The notes below the pieces were generated by a model. That model searched no databases. It was not told where the DNA came from and saw only the letters and a list, made by a program, of their open reading frames with translations. Source: Monocercomonoides exilis PA203 (taxonomy: Eukaryota; Protista; Preaxostyla). From it: a DNA stretch of 64,000 nt. Position numbers and translations under genes: made by a program. The DNA lies in contig LSRY02000008.1 of the NCBI GenBank assembly GCA_001643675.2, positions 186,001 to 250,000 of the forward strand, read 5' to 3'. Shown here one piece after another: positions 48,650 through 60,899 of this stretch. Positions within the stretch are counted from its first letter, which is position 1, and each line of letters begins with the position of its first letter.

Positions 48650-50649
48650 ATGCAGCAACATAAATGCGTATGGAGGAATGGTGTATTTTCAACAATAGAG
48701 ATCGTGAAGTTTTGGTTTATATCTATTGAAGAAAAGTTCAATGCCACAACAGCAACAGTTGGAAATGAATTTTTTGTTGAATATTTCAACATCTCAACGC
48801 AGATCAATGAAAGCCAATTCCAGTTTGATTTTCGAGAAGGAAACTTCAATCAATTCAATGCAATATATGGAGGTGACAGTTGTGAACACAAAGAATACAC
48901 AAATCTGATTGGATTTGTAACGATTCATCAAAGTGACACAATCATTGTGAGCAGCGTGAATGGAACGAATGACAGACAACGTGGAACAAACACACTTTCA
49001 TGTGATTCAATTGAACGGGGTTTGATTCACTTGACATCAGAGCTGATAAGTCAGATTCTCATTGTTGAAGAGAGTGTGATTGGAGGAGATATAAATCCGA
49101 ATGAGATGGGTTTTAAAGGGGGAGAAGGAATGGAGAAAAACACATCTCTGCGGATATTGGATGAGGGATGCAATTGGGAGGAATAGCGAGTGAAAGAGGA
49201 TCATCATTTTTCATCCCTGTCTTGGAAGAAGTGAAGAGCACAACACAGGCGAGTGGGAGCATGGACTTGAGCATTCGTGGGAAGCTGCTTCTTCCTCACA
49301 AATTGTCACAAGAGATAAGTATGAAAGATGGGGATGAAGAGGAGATTGTGAGAAAAGGGATTGAAGAAGAAGGGTTTGTGTCAGAGAATGAGATTCACTC
49401 AGTTATTTCATGTTCAGAATGGGAGAAAGTGAGAGAAGAGACAGAAGTGAGTGTGTGGGTTGTGTTTGGGAAAGCAGATTCACTGTCATCAACAGACCGA
49501 TTTATTGTGAAGAACAAGAGTGAAAGTATTGGAAAAGGAGATGAAAGGATTGTTGAAGGAGGGAAAGAAGGGAAGTCTTCTTTGTTGTTGATTATTATTG
49601 TGCTTGTTGTGATATTATTGATAATTCTTATCTCACTTGTGATATTTGTTGTCAGATGGAGAAAGGCAAAGAATGAAAACAAAGATCTGAGAGAGATTGT
49701 GAATGACACTGTGAGGAAGGATCCGAAGGCATTCGAGATGGTGACGATGGAGATGTCACCAGAGGAGAAGTGGAGGAGAGCGGAGAGAGAGGCAGAGAAG
49801 AAGAATGAAGAAAGGATAAAGAAAAGAATATATGAGACGAATATGGAACATTCAGAGTCATCTGAGCATCTTCTGTCAGAGAGCGGATCGACTGAATACA
49901 TATTGGGAAGAGATTCAGACAAAATTCCTGATTGGGCATTGGAAAAGGTGGATGAAAAGGAAGAGGAGGAAGAAGCAAGAAAGAGATCGCCTTCACCTTC
50001 CATTTCATCCAATTGTTCAACTGATTCAGACTCAACGTTTGTTCGATCGGAGAGTCTGTGCCCAACCACCTCATCTATGTCAAACTTAGTGGATGCAATG
50101 GCCTGTTCATTACCCCACGAGAAGCTGATTGTGGATTTGAGGGATTCACTGTTCATGCTGCTGCATGGAAGGAACGAGAAGAAAGAGATGGCGATTGGCT
50201 CATTGAAGGAGAGAGAACAAACAGCTGCCCAAATCCTGTTCTGTGTGGCGAATCTCGCACTCCACTCCGTTGACGAGATGGAAAATCCTCTCTCATCTCT
50301 TGCCAATCTCAGCCCACACATTGTGTTGTTCTCTGAGCACATGGTGATCTGCATTGCCCTCCACTCCGACTTCTCATCTGACGATGATTCCGATTCCTCA
50401 TCCATCTCCTCGTCAACTGTTGCGACATCTGCCAGTGATGAGGAGGAGGAGGAGGAGGACTCTCTGCCCTCGTCTGCCTTTGAGGATGAGGATGACAATT
50501 TCAAGAAGGAGTGCCTGAGGTGGAAGGCGCCAGAGCTGATGATGAACAAGAAGATGGGAGCAACAAAGGAATCAGTTGTGTTTTCGCTTGGGATGATGTT
50601 GTGGGAGTGCTTGACACTCAAAGTTCCGTTTGGGGAGGATTCAGCATAA
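48650..50649 (+). pseudogene. Receptor-like tyrosine-kinase-type pseudokinase, truncated and frameshifted (left arm)
   Basis: TM helix LLLIIIVLVVILLIILISLVIFVVRWRK; kinase subdomain VIII/IX motifs LRWKAPE and VFSLGMMLWECLT..PF; no HRD or DFG. Frameshift near 49175 and premature TAA at 50647. Confidence 0.8.
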
Positions 50650-51399
50650 GCAGCTGGGCAGAAGATTTTGAATGGAGAGAGATCGAATGTGAAAAAAGTC
50701 GAGTGGTTTCGACTGAAAGGAATGGTGGAAAAAAGTGTTCTGGTTCAGATGCCAGGCAGAGTATCATTTTCAGAAATGAAAGGAGAATTTATTTGGTAAT
50801 TACTTGCGAAGGCAGCAATGCTGATAGTGTCAAATGCGATGTGCTATGCAGGGGGAATTTGAGAAGAAAGAATCGATTTCTTTGCTCAAAAAGACAACAG
50901 AATAGTGGAGTGTGTTCTGATAGATGAGCACAAAGACATTATCGTTGTTGGCAACGGGAACAGCACAAACAACAAAAGCGATAGAAATTGAAAAGACAAT
51001 TTTGAAACAAATGAAATGTGTATTTGTGAGTGCATTTATGCATGGATCGTTGCATGAAAATATATACCTCAAATCGAACTGAAATGAGATGATGTTTATT
51101 ATTGTTTCGAATTTGTATAATCGTTTCGTTGGACTAACTCTTTAATTATATATTAATTGATGAATCAAATTGATGCTATGAATAAACCACAAGCATTTTT
51201 TGAATTTTCATTTTTTTGATGTGTTTTGAAACAACAAAAAAATGTGCAAATAATATTTAAATAAAATATATTTTTCTTTCTTTAAAAATTCAAAATGAAA
51301 AAGTGCATATTTCACTCGAAAACATAAAAAAAGAGAGCCATTATTAATATATATTAATTCAAATTTTTAAAACTTTTGCAAAGTCGATCCATATCACAA

Positions 51400-52886
51400 A
51401 TGGTTGAAAACAAATCATTTGAAAAAGAATTAACATTCAGTGAGTTTTAAATGCGATCGAATGGGAAAAAACAGTTGGCTATTGAATTGCTTTCCAAATT
51501 TGGGATAATAAAAAGGAATCGAATGTGCTGGAAATGCGAAAAAGCAATGGAATTTAGGATGCAAAAAAAGAAAGTGATTTCTATGCTTATAAATGCACGA
51601 AATGTGGGAAAAATTACAGCTTGAATTATGATTCAATTTTTATGGAATTTCATCTTTCACCATTCAAACTTACATCATTGTTATATCATTTTTGGTACAA
51701 ACACTCAATAAAGGAAGTCACTTTTGAATCGAAAATATCAAACAAAACAGTAATGAAATTATTTGAAAAGTTAAGAAGAATATGCTGTTATTTTGAAACA
51801 TTCGAAATGGAAAAAATCGGAAAAGATCGAATAATGGAAATAGATGAAACTTTAATTCACAAAAGAAAGAACGGTGTTGGGAGATGCAGAGAACAGCAAT
51901 GGCTATGTGGAGTAGTAGAGAGAAAAGAAATTCTAAAGCCACAAAAATTGATTGTCGAATTTCTTCCAGATCGAAAAGCTGATACCATATTATATTTTGT
52001 TAAAAAGAACATTGAAAGATCTTCAACTATTATGTCTGATAAATGGTCAGCATATAACTGAATTAGTGAAAACGGCTTCACCATTGAAAGTGTTTATCAT
52101 TCTCTCAATTTCGTTAAGCCTGAAAATCCTAAAGTTTTCACTCAAACAATCGAAAGTGTGTGGTCTCATCTGAAAAACCACATTCCAAAAAAAGGAAGAA
52201 CATTCATTAAGACGAAAGAATATGTTTATGAATTTCAATATAAATTCAACAACAGACTCACACTTACAGCGTATATAAAGGAACTTTCAAAAATCAGCAA
52301 GAAAAGTTTGGATATTTTTCTTCGTTCTTACAACGAAAGCGTTGCAAGTTTGAAAAGCATTCTTCTGAAAGAAAGGAAATTTAAACTGTCTTCTTATTTA
52401 TTAAAGAAATTGGAATTGAGAAAAAGAAACAACTATGAAATGTGTGATGAAAATGAACTTGATGAAATGTTGAAGAAAAAAAGATCATCAAAGCTAATAT
52501 CAAAAATAAAAGAATCAACAAATTCAAAAAGAAGATAATTAGATGATGAAGAAGTGAAAGAAGAAAAAGAAGAGAAAGAAACAGAAACAAAAGTTGAAAC
52601 TGAAGATGATATATTTTCATCAGACTTTGATTACAAAACTGCAAGAAAGAAGAAAAAGAAAAGATATAGATCATGCGAAGGAAGATTTTCGAAAAGCAAC
52701 GACAGCCAACAGTCAAAAACGTTAGAGTTTGAAACCCTATAGTTTTGTGAAAAAAAAGAGAGAAAGATTGAAGAAATGGAGAAAAAAGAAAAAGATAAAA
52801 CAAGTGCAATTCTTAATCGAAAAATACTCAGAAGTTTTATTAAATCAACAAATATTGGAACAGAACAGTCTCCAATAAATTTGTGA
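51400..52886 (+). mobile_element. Merlin/ISXO2 (IS1595 family) DDE transposase, decayed
   Basis: Zn ribbon CWKC...CTKC (with a frameshift in an A run), then EIDET, RKNGVGR, WLCGVVER, SDKWSAY and TQTIESVWS. In-frame stops at 51448, 52059, 52536 and 52740. Confidence 0.9.
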
Positions 52887-53310
52887 ATTTTTATTTCACA
52901 ACACTATCAATCACATCACATAATGATCTCGTTGCAAAAAAAAAACTGATTAACACAAGTGTTCGTAAATGAATTTCAAATAAAAACAAACTTCATTTCC
53001 TTTTCGTGAAATGTGAATTACACATTTCGATATAAATGTGCAAACATTCTTTTGATCGTAAACATAAATAAGTCCATACGTATATCCATCTACATATAAA
53101 TTATCATTTGCTTCATTATGTTGTTCCAATTATGCTTCAGAGACACAGATTGGCATTGACATTTGCTTCACTTATTTGTTCCATCTTCACGCACAAGACA
53201 CAAAAATGCTCAGACAATGCACTCTTTCCAATGGACTCTGCTGCAATCCCCATTGTATCAGTCATTGTCTTCACAGTTGCACATTCCGGAAAATCTTCAA
53301 TCAGCACACA

Positions 53311-55436
53311 CTATATTTCCACGTGCGATAGTCCGTCTTCAAGATCCGATAACACACTCATCTTCATAACTGCCTCAAATGTGTTCCTTGAAACCCCCTT
53401 CATGTCTGGCCTCTTCCCATTCACAATCTTCTGTCCTTCCATTTCTGCCTCATACTCCCCAAACGGAATCTCCAGTGTCAAGCACTCCCACAACATCATC
53501 CCAAGCGAAAACACAACTGATTCCTTTGTTGCTCCCATCTTCTTGTTCATCATCAGCTCTGGCGCCTTCCACCTCAGGCACTCTTTTTTGAAACTATCTT
53601 CATCCTCAAAGGCTGACGAGGGCAGAGAGTCACTTTCATCATCATCATCACTTGCAGATGTCACAACAGTCGATGAAGAGATGGATGATGAATCTGAACT
53701 ATCATCAGATAATAAGTCAGAATGCATCACAATGCAGATGACCATATGCTCGGAGAACAGCACAATATGCGGACTCAGATTGGCAAGAGAAGAGAACGGA
53801 TTGTCCATTTCATCAAAGGAGTGGAGAGCAAGATTAGCCACCCAGAACAGGATCTGCGCAGCTGTCGCTTCTCTCTCCTGAAAGGTGCCAATTGCCATCT
53901 CTTTTTTCTCGTTCCTTCCATGCAGCAGCATGAACAGCGAATCCCTCAGATCTACAATCAGCTTCTCATGAGGCGATGAACAGGCCATTGCATCCACTAA
54001 GTTTGACATAGATGAGGTGGTTGGGCACAGACTCTCCGATCGAACAAACGTTGAGTCTGAATCAGTTGAACAATTGGATGAAATGGAAGGTGAAGGCGAT
54101 CTCTTTCTTGCTTCTTCCTCCTCTTCCTTTTCATCCACCTTTTCCAATGCCCAATCAGGAATTTTGTCTGAATCTCTTCCCAATATGTATTCAGTCGATC
54201 CGCTCTCTGACAGAAGATGCTCAGATGACTCTGAATGTTCCATATTCGTCTCATATATTCTTTTCTTTATCCTTTCTTCATTCTTCTTCTCTGCCTCTCT
54301 CTCCGCTCTCCTCCACTTCTCCTCTGGTGACATCTCCATCGTCACCATCTCGAATGCCTTCGGATCCTTCCTCACAGTGTCATTCACAATCTCTCTCAGA
54401 TCTTTGTTTTCATTCTTTGCCTTTCTCCATCTGACAACAAATATCACAAGTGAGATAAGAATTATCAATAATATCACAACAAGCACAATAATAATCAACA
54501 ACAAAGAAGACTTCCCTTCTTTCCCTCCTTCAACAATCCTTTCATCTCCTTTTCCAATACTTTCACTCTTGTTCTTCACAATAAATCGGTCTGTTGATGA
54601 CAGTGAATCTGCTTTCCCAAACACAACCCACACACTCACTTCTGTCTCTTCTCTCACTTTCTCCCATTCTGAACATGAAATAACTGAGTGAATCTCATTC
54701 TCTGACACAAACCCTTCTTCTTCAATCCCTTTTCTCACAATCTCCTCTTCATCCCCATCTTTCATACTTATCTCTTGTGACAATTTGTGAGGAAGAAGCA
54801 GCTTCCCACGAATGCTCAAGTCCATGCTCCCACTCGCCTGTGTTGTGCTCTTCACTTCTTCCAAGACAGGGATGAAAAATGATGATCCTCTTTCACTCGC
54901 TATTCCTCCCAATTGCATCCCTCATCCAATATCCGCAGAGATGTGTTTTTCTCCATTCCTTCTCCCCCTTTAAAACCCATCTCATTCGGATTTATATCTC
55001 CTCCAATCACACTCTCTTCAACAATGAGAATCTGACTTATCAGCTCTGATGTCAAGTGAATCAAACCCCGTTCAATTGAATCACATGAAAGTGTGTTTGT
55101 TCCACGTTGTCTGTCATTCGTTCCATTCACGCTGCTCACAATGATTGTGTCACTTTGATGAATCGTTACAAATCCAATCAGATTTGTGTATTCTTTGTGT
55201 TCACAACTGTCACCTCCATATATTGCATTGAATTGATTGAAGTTTCCTTCTCGAAAATCAAACTGGAATTGGCTTTCATTGATCTGCGTTGAGATGTTGA
55301 AATATTCAACAAAAAATTCATTTCCAACTGTTGCTGTTGTGGCATTGAACTTTTCTTCAATAGATATAAACCAAAACTTCACGATCTCTATTGTTGAAAA
55401 TACACCATTCCTCCATACGCATTTATGTTGCTGCAT
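53311..55436 (-). pseudogene. Receptor-like pseudokinase, right-arm copy
   Basis: Identical in translation to the left copy up to ...DAMACS, including the frameshift; diverged in the kinase-like region. Confidence 0.8.
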
Positions 55437-56125
55437 TGATTAATGCTTATCATTTAGCATCTATTTAATTTCATAAGAAAATAAATGATATTTAATGTGT
55501 TTTGCGAAAAATTTTAATAAAACAATGTTAATAATTAAAAAGAATGTTTCACACGATTTGTTCGTTCTTCTTTATTCATGATCATAATTGTGTAACATAA
55601 ACATCCTCAAACTGCACTAAAATTTTCATATTAAAAATCATAAACAAAATTCATAAAGATTTGAATGATATATTGATAATTATTTATCACACACTTTAAA
55701 ACTATATTTATATATATGATTCGTTATATGTTCGCAAACGAGGGTTCAATTCACGATGAAAGAAACTAATTTTTTATTTTTTTGATATTAAAAATTTAAT
55801 TGTGGGATTGATCAAAATATTTTAATTTTATAATTTATTTTTTTTAATGTTTTATTTTTTGAAAAATTATCAATAAAATAAGAGTATATAATAATTAATA
55901 ACGTTTCATCTACTTTTTGTTTCATAATTATCTTATTTTATTGAAAATTTGTAAAAATACTCATATTTATGGGTCATTTTTAAAAATGGTTTTTTCATGA
56001 GAAACAAAAAATTTTTCGAAAAACCAGTCCATACAAAAGTTTTTAAATAATTTTTGCATTTCAAATATCACAAAATTAATGTCTAAAAACAAGAATTACA
56101 AAAGGGACGCAGTTACACCTATGCC

Positions 56126-56903
56126 CTAGTGTAAGTGCATTTCAAATGTTGCAACAATCCTTCAATTGTATTTGAATGCACACCAGTTTCAGTATTCCGG
56201 AATGTCTATCATGGCATACAGTTTGATGTTTTTATCCAAGAGTTTCCAGTGAAGAATGAGCGCTCCATTGATCGGAAATTATTATTATTCCAGCTTTTAT
56301 GTATTTGTGGATAGTTGGAATCAAAGTTTCCTTTTTTCTGTTTGGAACGACAACCATAAACCGTTTCCCCGCTCCCACACCCTCTAATCTTTCCACCCCT
56401 CCGAAAATCCACACTTGCTTTTTCTTTCTTCCTCTCCTGTACTTCCGTTTTCGCCAAATTGCTTCATCAATTTCAACTGTTGTTCCCTCGCCTCCAATAA
56501 CTTGCTGTCTTTCGTTCCACATTTGTGAGCAAGCGCACCGAATCACACTTCCCCAGTATCCGACTGTGTCCTTATCAACAGAAAGAAGCAAAGAAATTGT
56601 TTTGTTTTGAATCCCTAGCCAGTAATATAAACAAATCAGAAGAGTGACTCCTAGTCCAATCTTTATTCTGCAAAAAGATGTCCCTGAAAGAATGCTTTTC
56701 TTAATCTTGCATTTTGGACAAGCATAATAGTGATAATTCTTTTCATGATATATTCGTTGATAGCATCTGTGAACTCTGCACATTGGGAGGTTCATGGCTA
56801 TTATTTCTTTTTTGAACCATTCCCATGCGCTGGTTTCGTTGAAGAAGAGTTTGTTCAGCGAAGAAATGTTTTCTTCATCATGAAGGTCTCGTTCGCGTGC
56901 CAT
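56126..56903 (-). mobile_element. Second Merlin/ISXO2 transposase, 3'-truncated at the end of the fold-back element
   Basis: CRVH...CPKC, VEIDEAIWRKRKYRRGR, WIFGGVER, SDQWSAH, then a stop and frameshift to GVHSNTIEG. The frame runs into the TIR at 56125. Confidence 0.9.
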
Positions 56904-57829
56904 AAGATCAAAAAAAAAATACGAACACTTAATACAAATAATTAACAAAAATTATTATGAGAGAAAATATTTTTCTTCAAAATTTCATTCAAATAATAAA
57001 ATTTTCTGTGGATTTTTATTTGTATATTCTTTAATGATAATATATAACAAATTGAAATATAATGATAATAATCATTTTTGGTTGTGCCGATATGATCGGA
57101 TCATTACAAGATGACTAACACATAACACATTAACATTAACATTTCATTTTTCAGTAATTTCATAACGTGAATTAAAAGAGCCCATAATCAATGTTTTTTT
57201 GACTTTGGAATACTTTTGTATTTTCATAAATCATTTTTGAGCAAATAATTGAACAACGCTATTCTAATGTCAAAAAAAAAGGGAATGAAATGAATGCTAT
57301 GAATTCAAAGAGGGATGGCTGTGATATTGCAGAGGCTGTGCATTGCAGGTTCATATTTTTGAAAGATCCTATTTATTTTTATTCGATCCTATTTTTTTTA
57401 AAAATCAATAATTCAGCCACACACATTTTGATTGATTGAAAGTTTTTTTTTCGTATTTAAGAAAAAACGTTATCAGCTGAACAATTTCATTTTAATTCAT
57501 CGCCTGGTTTTCGTGGGAGAAAATGAGGGAGTTAAAAGCCTCCCGTTGAATTTTTTATCGATTACAGATTGGTTCTAATGAATTAAATTCAATAAAAATA
57601 TGCAATTAATGTACAAAAAACTAAATTTCAATGAAAATTGAAATTTATAATAAAAAAATAAATAAATTGGCTCAATGATCATGACTCAAAAAATAAAAAA
57701 TAAGAACTGAAGCAGCTGAAAAATCTACTGCGTGTCAGCTAAAGCTGCGGGATACGATGATATCATTCAAATACAGACAATAAAGGATTTCGCTGGAACG
57801 TATTTCTTATATAGTTAACGATGGAGCTG

Positions 57830-59262
57830 TGTGTATGGTGGATTCATGTAACAACAAAAAATTAAGCAAAATTCGAATCAAGCGTGCGGTGAAGGCTATT
57901 CGGCAAGGAAGATTGGTTTTAAAAATTATTTGTCCAGCCATTGTCGATGAAGAAAAAGAACAAACAGAGCGGGTTGAAATAAAATTCGAATAACTATCTG
58001 GAGAAGACCTAATCATCAAGAAAATGCGTGAACTGGTTTGCAATAATATTCTTTGAAATGTATTAATAAATATTAATTGGATTGAAAATGTTGTAAATGA
58101 TTTGAAACCAGAAAACACTTCAGAAGAAAAAGTTTCTGTGTCAGTTGTCTAAGATTTCATCAAATGACATCCCAAGCTGAAGAAATCAAAGCCAAAAATT
58201 GTTGACGCAAACAGGGTTGAGGTGTCATGCCATCAAGTTCTGAAGCCCTTGTATGATATGCTCAACGGATTTCATCAGAACAACAGTTTCAACAACGCAC
58301 TGATTTTCAACGTGGACGAGTTTTCACTCAGGGTTACCGACAGCTCCAATCGGAATATTGTTCATCCAGCAAATGCATAACCAGGTGTCGCAAAATCTGC
58401 GGTGTGAATAGCGAATTCCACATTGATTTCATCGATTGCTTCTCAATGTCAATAACAAAAGGAAGTGATACTGCCAATAAGTCTCAGACTTCCTGATGAC
58501 TCGAAGCCTTTTCAGTCTTCAAATCTCGAGATTTTGGAGAACAAATTAGGATGGATAGAATCTTCGACGTTCAGAAAATACGCACTGACAATTCTTATTC
58601 CCTCAATTAAAGAAAGAAGACAAGGCATGTCACTCGATGAATCACACTGGTTGCTTCTGATCAACTCCAATGTTTTTCGTTCAGATCCAACAATCTGGAG
58701 AGAAATTAAAAAAGAAAATGTGGATATTGAGACATTCGTCCCTCACAGCACACACATTTACCAGCCACTTGACCTTGGAATATTTGCAGTCATGAAGTCT
58801 GAGATGAGTTCACAGGATGAAGCACTTTCTTCATTATCTTCAGTTGCAAAGAGAACAGCTCTGGTGTAAGCTCTCCAGCAATCAATTCATTCAGCTCTAT
58901 CACCTTCATTCATCAAAAGAGCATTCATATGAAGCGACGTGCTGAAACACTTGTCTGTACCAGTTCTGATGAAGCTTTCTCAATCATCGGCTTATCCCCT
59001 TCCTTCACATAAAAATCGATTTGACTTTAACGGTATAGAAATTACAGAAGAAAATGTGCTAAATGAGTTGGATGATTATTCAAATAAGAAAAGCGAAATG
59101 GAAAATGAAAAAGGAAACATTTCGGATAAAGAAAATGATGAAACAATGAATTTCACAAAAAAGCTTAAAAGAAAATACAAAATACTTCAAGATGAGAACA
59201 ACATTGAGAAAGAATCATCTGATGAAATTGAAAGAGGAAAGAGAAAAAGAAAAGTCATATGA
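57830..59262 (+). mobile_element. pogo/Tigger-like (DDE_1, CENP-B-related) transposase relic
   Basis: LIFNVDE, NKLGWIES and PHSTHIYQPLDLGIF motifs; many in-frame stops. Confidence 0.8.
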
Positions 59263-59345
59263 AAATTAAATTGGAGTTTTGTATTTTTTTTTAGAATTTA
59301 TTTTTTGAAATTTTTCATTTCGAAAAATCTGGGTTCTAAAAAAAT

Positions 59346-59606
59346 ATGACCCAAAAATGGAGGAAAAAATGGAACTGCCGGAAAAAGAGAGCGAATAACG
59401 ATCCAGCAATTGATGATAATAGTGGAATTACAATGGCTATGCAATGGATTTCGAATGTGAAAGCTGAATTACCAGAATGGATGTCTCATGACATTTCACT
59501 TAGAAATAAGTTGGGAGAAACAATGACAATGATGTGGATTGCGGTTGTCAAAACAAATCCACCAAAATGGATGAGACATAAAATAACACATGGAACAGAA
59601 AAATGA
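59346..59606 (+). pseudogene. Two-repeat fragment of the 30-aa repeat protein family
   Basis: TMAMQWISNVKAELPEWMSHDISLRN is nearly identical, also at DNA level, to repeat 19 of the 20209-22677 gene. Confidence 0.8.
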
Positions 59607-60034
59607 AGAACTGTAATCATAAGTGAACAGAGAATGCAAAGATTGAGTAATTTGTATGAATGAATATTGAAAAGTCTTTTTGGTTGTGAATATAAAAGAA
59701 ATGGAAAATAATTAAAATACTTTTGCGAAGAATCAGGAAAGTGAATTTATGAATAAAAGAATTTGCTGAACTTTTTTCTTTTAGTGGGAGCTTTCTATCT
59801 TTCTTTTTTTATAATTGTGAATGCTTTTTTAACAAATACATTTTTGTATCTCTGATTTTGTTTTATTCATTTTTTCATATCATTCAAAAGCTTTTGGTTA
59901 TTCTCATCACCATTTTGTTTGTATATAATTCTCATGAATATGGCTGATCCTTTTTGAAATCACACTTTTGTTTGAGTTTTCATCAAAATTTTTTTCTCAA
60001 TGAGATTTTTGAAAAATGAGTGAAAAAGTTAATA

Positions 60035-60484
60035 CAGTCTAAACCGGATATAATCACATCGGTTTTTGCACAACTTTTTGTGACTATATCCGATTGTGAT
60101 AATATCCGATACTGCTTCACACAGAAAAAATTAAAAATTAATTAAATAATAAATTAATTTTGGGTCGATTTTTTCATTTTTGTAAATTCTATCCAAATAC
60201 ACTTTTTTAACTTGCAAAATTAATTTTTTTCACAAACGCATATTATTTTGACTAATTTGAGCACATTTTTGAAAAAACGAAAAATTGAAATTTTTGATCA
60301 AAAAGTCGATTTTTCATTGAAGAAATCACCCATAATAATAAAAAATGTGATTATATATTTTCAGCCCTGTGATTATATGCGATGGAAAATGAATGAAAAT
60401 TAGGCCAAAAATGTCGGTGCATGGAAAAATGTGACTATATACGAATGTGATTATATTCGACGTGATTATATTCGGTTTAGACTG
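60035..60484. mobile_element. Tc1/mariner-pogo-type MITE, 450 bp
   Basis: 27-bp TIRs CAGTCTAAACCG(G/A)ATATAATCAC(A/G)TCG with TA on both sides, and multiple subterminal GTGA(T/C)TATAT motifs. Confidence 0.9.
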
Positions 60485-60899
60485 TACACACTGTTAATGA
60501 TGTTGTTATTGCAGAAACATAATTATTACGAAAATCCCATTGAGACTAAAATTTTGTTCAAAACTCGAATGATAAAATAATTTCAAGAAAAATCAGCCAT
60601 GAAGTTTTTCGAAATGTTTTCTTTATTTTGTTTTCTTTGAAACCATGAAAAATTCAAATATATTTTATTGATATGTGTAAATTTTTTTTGAAAAGATCCT
60701 TTTTTTATTTCTGATGAAAACCAAAATTGTGTATTTTGTTGAAATTTTCGTTCTAATAAACCATAAATTTTCAGAATAGAAATAATAACTTCATCAAGCA
60801 TTTATTTCCATTCTTGAAACTTTTGGTGAGAAAGAATGAAGGTTTGATGATAATATTGAATTTTCAATGATTTTTTCTTTAATTTTTGACAAAAGGAAC

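Larger units (their letters stand above)
47961..56125. mobile_element. 8.2-kb fold-back/composite element: 2150-bp inverted arms with receptor-pseudokinase cargo around a Merlin transposase
   Basis: 47961-50110 is the near-exact reverse complement of 53976-56125 (mirrored ORFs; coordinates sum to 104086). Ends are GGCATA(T/G)GTGTA. The terminal ~650 bp is homologous to 31533-32180. The flanks do not form a TSD. Confidence 0.85.
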
